In this document: in pieces, positions 51,640 to 55,032 of the stretch
How the letters are laid out: each line of letters opens with the position of its first letter
Numbering within the stretch: the stretch's first letter is position 1
Assembly: GCA_035461345.1 (NCBI GenBank)
Contig: DATHVJ010000187.1
Span: forward strand, 1-55,032
Length of the DNA: 55,032 bases
Direction of reading: 5' to 3'
Source of the DNA: Solirubrobacterales bacterium
GTDB lineage: Bacteria; Actinomycetota; Thermoleophilia; Solirubrobacterales; 70-9
The notes under the pieces: generated by a model
Databases searched by the model: none
Told to the model about the DNA's origin: nothing
The model's input: the letters and a program-made list of their open reading frames with translations, nothing else
Translations under genes and position numbers: made by a program

Positions 51640-53166
51640 TTAGCCAGCCCGAGGGCCGAACAGCCGCCCGCCGACGAACAGCAGCGCGATGATCAGGCCC
51701 AGCACCGCGACCGCGGCGACGACGCGGAAGCTGACCTGGAGCCCGTACACGAACGAGTCGCGGACGATTTCGACGATCCGATCCATAGCCGACGCCGGCA
51801 GCTCGCGCAGCGCCGCCTCGGCGGCGTCGGTGCCCGCCAGGTCGCCGTGCAGGACCGCCTCCTGGTGGGGGGTCAGCTCGTTCCCCGCCGCGGCGGCCTT
51901 GTCGCCGAGCTCGCTCTCGGAGGCGGAGGTGAAGATGGTCGTCGTCGTCCCGAGCCCGATCGCCCCGCCGGCGATCTGGGCCATGTACAGGAGGCCGCCC
52001 GCGAGGCTGGATCGCGACGGATCCAGGGCCGTCACGCCGGCCGTCGTCACCGAGGGGTAGAAGAGGCCCACTCCAACGCCGGTAATGATCAGGCCCGGCA
52101 GCAGCGCGCCGTAGCCGCTGTCGGAGTCGATCCGGGACAGCAGGAACGGCCCCACGGCGAGGCACAGCGCACCGGTGCCGATGATCGGCTTCGCGCCGAT
52201 GCGGCCGTACAGGGGCCCGGCGACGAACGACATCAGCGCGAACGGCACCAGCATCGCCAGCATCCCCGCGCCCGCGCCCAACGCCGAGTAGTCGAGGATC
52301 TTCTGCATGAACTGGGGCGCGTACAGCACGGTCGCGAAGAACACGGCCGACATCAGCAGCATCGCGAGGCAGGCGCTGCGGAACTCGACGTTGCGGATCA
52401 CGTCGCCGGGGATCAGGGCCGCGTGCCCCATCCGGGGCTCGATGAACCCGAAGCCGACGATCAGCACCGCGGACACGGCGAGCATCGCGATGATGCGCAC
52501 GTCGCCCCACCCCCAGTCGGCCGCCTGGTCGAGCGCGACCAGCAGCAGGAGCAGCCCGAGCGAGAGCGCGGCGATGCCGGGGTAGTCGATCCTCTCGCGC
52601 TCCTCCTCCTCCGCCTGGTGGACGTAGCGCCACGTGACCAGCATCGCGAACAGGCCGATCGGGATGTTGAGGACGAATATCAGCCGCCAGCTGTCGAGCT
52701 CGACGAGGGCGCCCCCGAGCAGCGGGCCCATGGCGTTGCCGACACCCGCCGCGCCGAGGATCAGCCCGCCGGCGAGGCCGGCGCGGGAGGCGGGCAGCGC
52801 GGCGTAGGTCATGCCGAGGATCGCCGGCCACATCAGCGCCCCGCCGACCCCCATCCCGACGCGGCTGCCGATAAGCCACCCGATGTCCTGGGCCGCGGCG
52901 CCGAAGGCCGAGAAGCCGATGAACAGGAGGGTGCCGATGAAGAAGATGCGGCGGCGGCCGAACATGTCGGCGAACCGGCCGCCGGTGACGATCGCCATCC
53001 CGAAGGTGAGCGCATAGGCGTTGATCACCCACTGGGAGGTCCCGACGTCGACGTCGAAGTCCTGCTCGATGTCGGGGAGGGCGACGTTGAGCGCCGTGAA
53101 GTCGTTGGCGATCACGAGCACGCCAAGCCCCATCGCCACCAGCGCCATCACGGTCCCGGGCTGCAT
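51640..53166 (-). CDS. MFS transporter, DHA2 (EmrB/QacA, 14-TMS) drug-efflux type
   Basis: Internal ATG 53164-53166 (MQPGTVMALVAMGLGVLVIANDFTALNVALPDI). QWVINAYALTFGMAIVTGGRFADMFGRRRIF, and 14 hydrophobic segments. The upstream 123 codons of the track ORF are Arg/Pro-rich. Confidence 0.85.
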   Translation of the reverse strand: MQPGTVMALVAMGLGVLVIANDFTALNVALPDIEQDFDVDVGTSQWVINAYALTFGMAIVTGGRFADMFGRRRIFFIGTLLFIGFSAFGAAAQDIGWLIGSRVGMGVGGALMWPAILGMTYAALPASRAGLAGGLILGAAGVGNAMGPLLGGALVELDSWRLIFVLNIPIGLFAMLVTWRYVHQAEEEERERIDYPGIAALSLGLLLLLVALDQAADWGWGDVRIIAMLAVSAVLIVGFGFIEPRMGHAALIPGDVIRNVEFRSACLAMLLMSAVFFATVLYAPQFMQKILDYSALGAGAGMLAMLVPFALMSFVAGPLYGRIGAKPIIGTGALCLAVGPFLLSRIDSDSGYGALLPGLIITGVGVGLFYPSVTTAGVTALDPSRSSLAGGLLYMAQIAGGAIGLGTTTTIFTSASESELGDKAAAAGNELTPHQEAVLHGDLAGTDAAEAALRELPASAMDRIVEIVRDSFVYGLQVSFRVVAAVAVLGLIIALLFVGGRLFGPRAG

Positions 53167-53350
53167 TCGATCCGCTTCCCGAGCGCCTGCTGCGGTCCCC
53201 TCCGCCACGGCGGCGGACTCTATCCAGGCTCGCCGCGGGGACGGCGGCCGACGAACAGGTGCCCGACGGCGATCCCGAGGACGCCGGCGATCGCCACCCT
53301 GAAGCGGTCGGCTTCGAACCCTCCGAGCTCGAGTCGGCTGTGCGCCGGCT

Positions 53351-54043
53351 CTAGGCCGGCGCCGAGAACAGGCGTGGGTCGTTGGTGCAGATCCCGTCGA
53401 CCCCGAGGCGGTCGAGCGCGCGGAGGCGGTCGGCGTCGTCGACCGTCCACGCGTTGACCGATACGCCGGCCGACCGGGCCACCTCGAGCAGTCGGCGGCC
53501 GATGAGCGGCCAGTAGACCCACATCGCCTGGACATCGAGCCTGGGCAGCGCGCGAGCCGCGGTCCGAGGCAGGCGGGCGCGCATGACGCGCAGTGCGGCG
53601 ACCACGCCCGGCCGCGCCCAGCGGCGTCCCGTCCAGCCCCGCTTCACCTTGGGGTAGGTCCAGCCGAGCCGCAGCGTGGGCTCGATCCGGCGCAGGGCGC
53701 CCAGGCTCGAGACCTCCATCGTCGACACCATCGCCCGAGCGAGCAGACCGCGCTCGCGCAGCGCGGCCGCGAGCTCCTGCTCCCCGCCGGGCTTCTTGAG
53801 GTCGCAGTCGAGCTCGACACGGTCGAGCGGCGGCGCGACGAAGGCGTCCAGGCACTCGGCGAGCGGAATCGGCTCGCGGCGCTGGGCGTCAATGTGGTCA
53901 TGGGCGATCACGAGGCTTCCGTCGTGGAGCCTCAGGACATCGAACTCGATCATGTCGACGCCGAGCTCGACCGCGGCGCGGAAGCTGTCGAGCGTGTTGC
54001 CCCGCACGACGGCATCCGCGCCCTTGTGCCCGATCCGCTTCAC
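53351..54043 (-). CDS. glycerophosphodiester phosphodiesterase family protein
   Basis: GTG 54041-54043. IGHKGADAVVRGNTLDSFRAAVELGVDMIEFDVLRLHDGSLVIAHD ... VNAWTVDD ... GVDGICTNDP. The start is uncertain. Confidence 0.75.
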   Translation of the reverse strand: MKRIGHKGADAVVRGNTLDSFRAAVELGVDMIEFDVLRLHDGSLVIAHDHIDAQRREPIPLAECLDAFVAPPLDRVELDCDLKKPGGEQELAAALRERGLLARAMVSTMEVSSLGALRRIEPTLRLGWTYPKVKRGWTGRRWARPGVVAALRVMRARLPRTAARALPRLDVQAMWVYWPLIGRRLLEVARSAGVSVNAWTVDDADRLRALDRLGVDGICTNDPRLFSAPA

Positions 54044-54106
54044 GGTCGCGGGCAGCCTAGTGCGGTGACCGGCGCCGCCCGCGCGCGTCGTGGCGAGAAT
54101 GCAGGC

Positions 54107-54559
54107 GTGCCGACGGACACCGAGATCCGCAACCGGCGCATCACCGCCGTCGTCCTGCTCGTCGGGGCGGCGGTGGCCGCCCTCGCGCTGACGGACACGG
54201 GCCCGTTCGCCGAAGAGAGTGAGGGCGATAGGGTGCGCGAGGCGGTGGAGCGGTTCGTCGCCGCGCGGGATGGACACGACTTCAGCCCCGTGTGCGGGCT
54301 TCTCGTCCCTGAGCTGAGGCGCCAGGTTCAGGCGACCAGCGGCGCGCAGCAGGGCACGCAACCGCCCACCTGCGCCCAGGTTCTCGAGACGCGCGAGCAG
54401 GCGCAGCCCGGGCCGGGAGAGCGCGCGGTCGAGATCGTCGAGGTCAGCGTCAGCGGGAACCGCGCCCGCGCCGCTGTCGAGGAGGAGGTGGGGGTGTCGC
54501 GCTCGATCACGCTCGAGAAGCTCGGCGGCGAGTGGCTGGTCGCGACGTTCGAGCGCTGA
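54107..54559 (+). CDS. hypothetical membrane-anchored protein (150 aa)
   Basis: GTG 54107. TM ITAVVLLVGAAVAALAL followed by a small domain (VREAVERFVAARDGHDFSPVCGLL...ITLEKLGGEWLVATFE). The upstream part of the track ORF is antisense to the GDPD gene. Confidence 0.5.
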   Translation: MPTDTEIRNRRITAVVLLVGAAVAALALTDTGPFAEESEGDRVREAVERFVAARDGHDFSPVCGLLVPELRRQVQATSGAQQGTQPPTCAQVLETREQAQPGPGERAVEIVEVSVSGNRARAAVEEEVGVSRSITLEKLGGEWLVATFER

Positions 54560-54573
54560 CGTCGCCCGGCCGC

Positions 54574-55032
54574 TCAGAACAGCTGATTCTCCCCGGCGAA
54601 GATCTCGCTCACGGAGTCGTCGGTGAAGATGCGGCGGATCGAGTCGGCGAGCGTCTGGGCGGCCGACAGGACGGTGATGTTGTCGGGCGCGCCGCGGCGC
54701 TGCGGGATCGTGTCGGTGACGACGATCCGCTCGATGCCCGAGCTCTCATAGGCGAGCCGCTCGTACGCGGGACCGGAGAAGACGCCGTGGGTGGCGGACG
54801 CGATCACGCGGGCGGCGCCCTCCTCGCGGAGCGTCTGAGTCGCGGCGCACAGCGTGCCGGCGGTGTCGATCATGTCGTCGACGAGGATGCACGTCTTGCC
54901 GCGAACCTCGCCGACCACGTAGCCGATCTCGGCGACCTGCTGCGCCGGGCGCTCCTTCTCCAGCACCGCCCAGTGGCAGCCGAGCTTGCGGGCGAAGTTG
55001 CGGGCCAGCTTCACGCGCCCGGCGTCGGGGGA
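54574..55032 (-). CDS. prs: ribose-phosphate pyrophosphokinase, C-terminal 152 codons; gene runs off the window end
   Basis: SPDAGRVKLARNFARKLG...GKTCILVDDMIDTAGTLCAA (PRPP-binding loop)...VVTDTIP...SVSEIF. The frame stays open to the window edge. Confidence 0.9.
   Translation of the reverse strand, partial: SPDAGRVKLARNFARKLGCHWAVLEKERPAQQVAEIGYVVGEVRGKTCILVDDMIDTAGTLCAATQTLREEGAARVIASATHGVFSGPAYERLAYESSGIERIVVTDTIPQRRGAPDNITVLSAAQTLADSIRRIFTDDSVSEIFAGENQLF

Noticed and set aside
53167-53350. Possible small membrane peptide ORF (…VAIAGVLGIAVGHLFVGRRPRGEPG) upstream of the MFS transporter
   Set aside because: No convincing start codon or RBS is present. It is only the tail of a long Arg-rich shadow ORF (53220..53855), and it is too short to support from sequence alone.

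Overview
This is a 55-kb, high-GC chromosomal window (about 70% by eye). Gene content looks actinobacterial; Thermoleophilia/Rubrobacteria-like is only a guess. I support about 50 protein genes, one tRNA-Leu(UAA), two decayed or frameshifted genes, a small family of palindromic intergenic repeats and a few stem-loop terminator candidates. I see no rRNA, CRISPR array, transposase, integrase or phage genes. The right half carries a housekeeping backbone on the minus strand: prs ... ctc-pth-crotonase-mfd-PPIase ... eno-ftsB. Directly downstream of ftsB lies the most unusual part, a roughly 14.6-kb glycan locus (24360-38944). It has five sulfotransferase-like domains in three genes, a GT-B glycosyltransferase and two very large GT-C-like membrane proteins. 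It also has a Wzx-type flippase with a sigma-70 region-4-like tail, an exported Cys-type sulfatase and an unknown Cys-rich secreted protein. A second module (sulfotransferase paralog plus two more GT-C-like proteins) sits at 1092-5676, so the window holds six sulfotransferase-like domains in four genes. I read these as a candidate pathway for a multiply sulfated glycoconjugate, which is my best candidate for an undescribed system here. Smaller points worth a second look: an ECF sigma factor fused to a zinc-binding anti-sigma-like, membrane-spanning, Pro-rich extension; an RNR-R2-like protein lacking the radical tyrosine (R2lox-like); a rhomboid-fold protein lacking the catalytic Ser/His; an orphan csrA; and a pth gene with no canonical start codon that is in frame with ctc across a single TAG. 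All calls come from reading the supplied ORF translations and the DNA by eye. No alignments or database searches were run. Start codons are often ambiguous in this GC-rich sequence.
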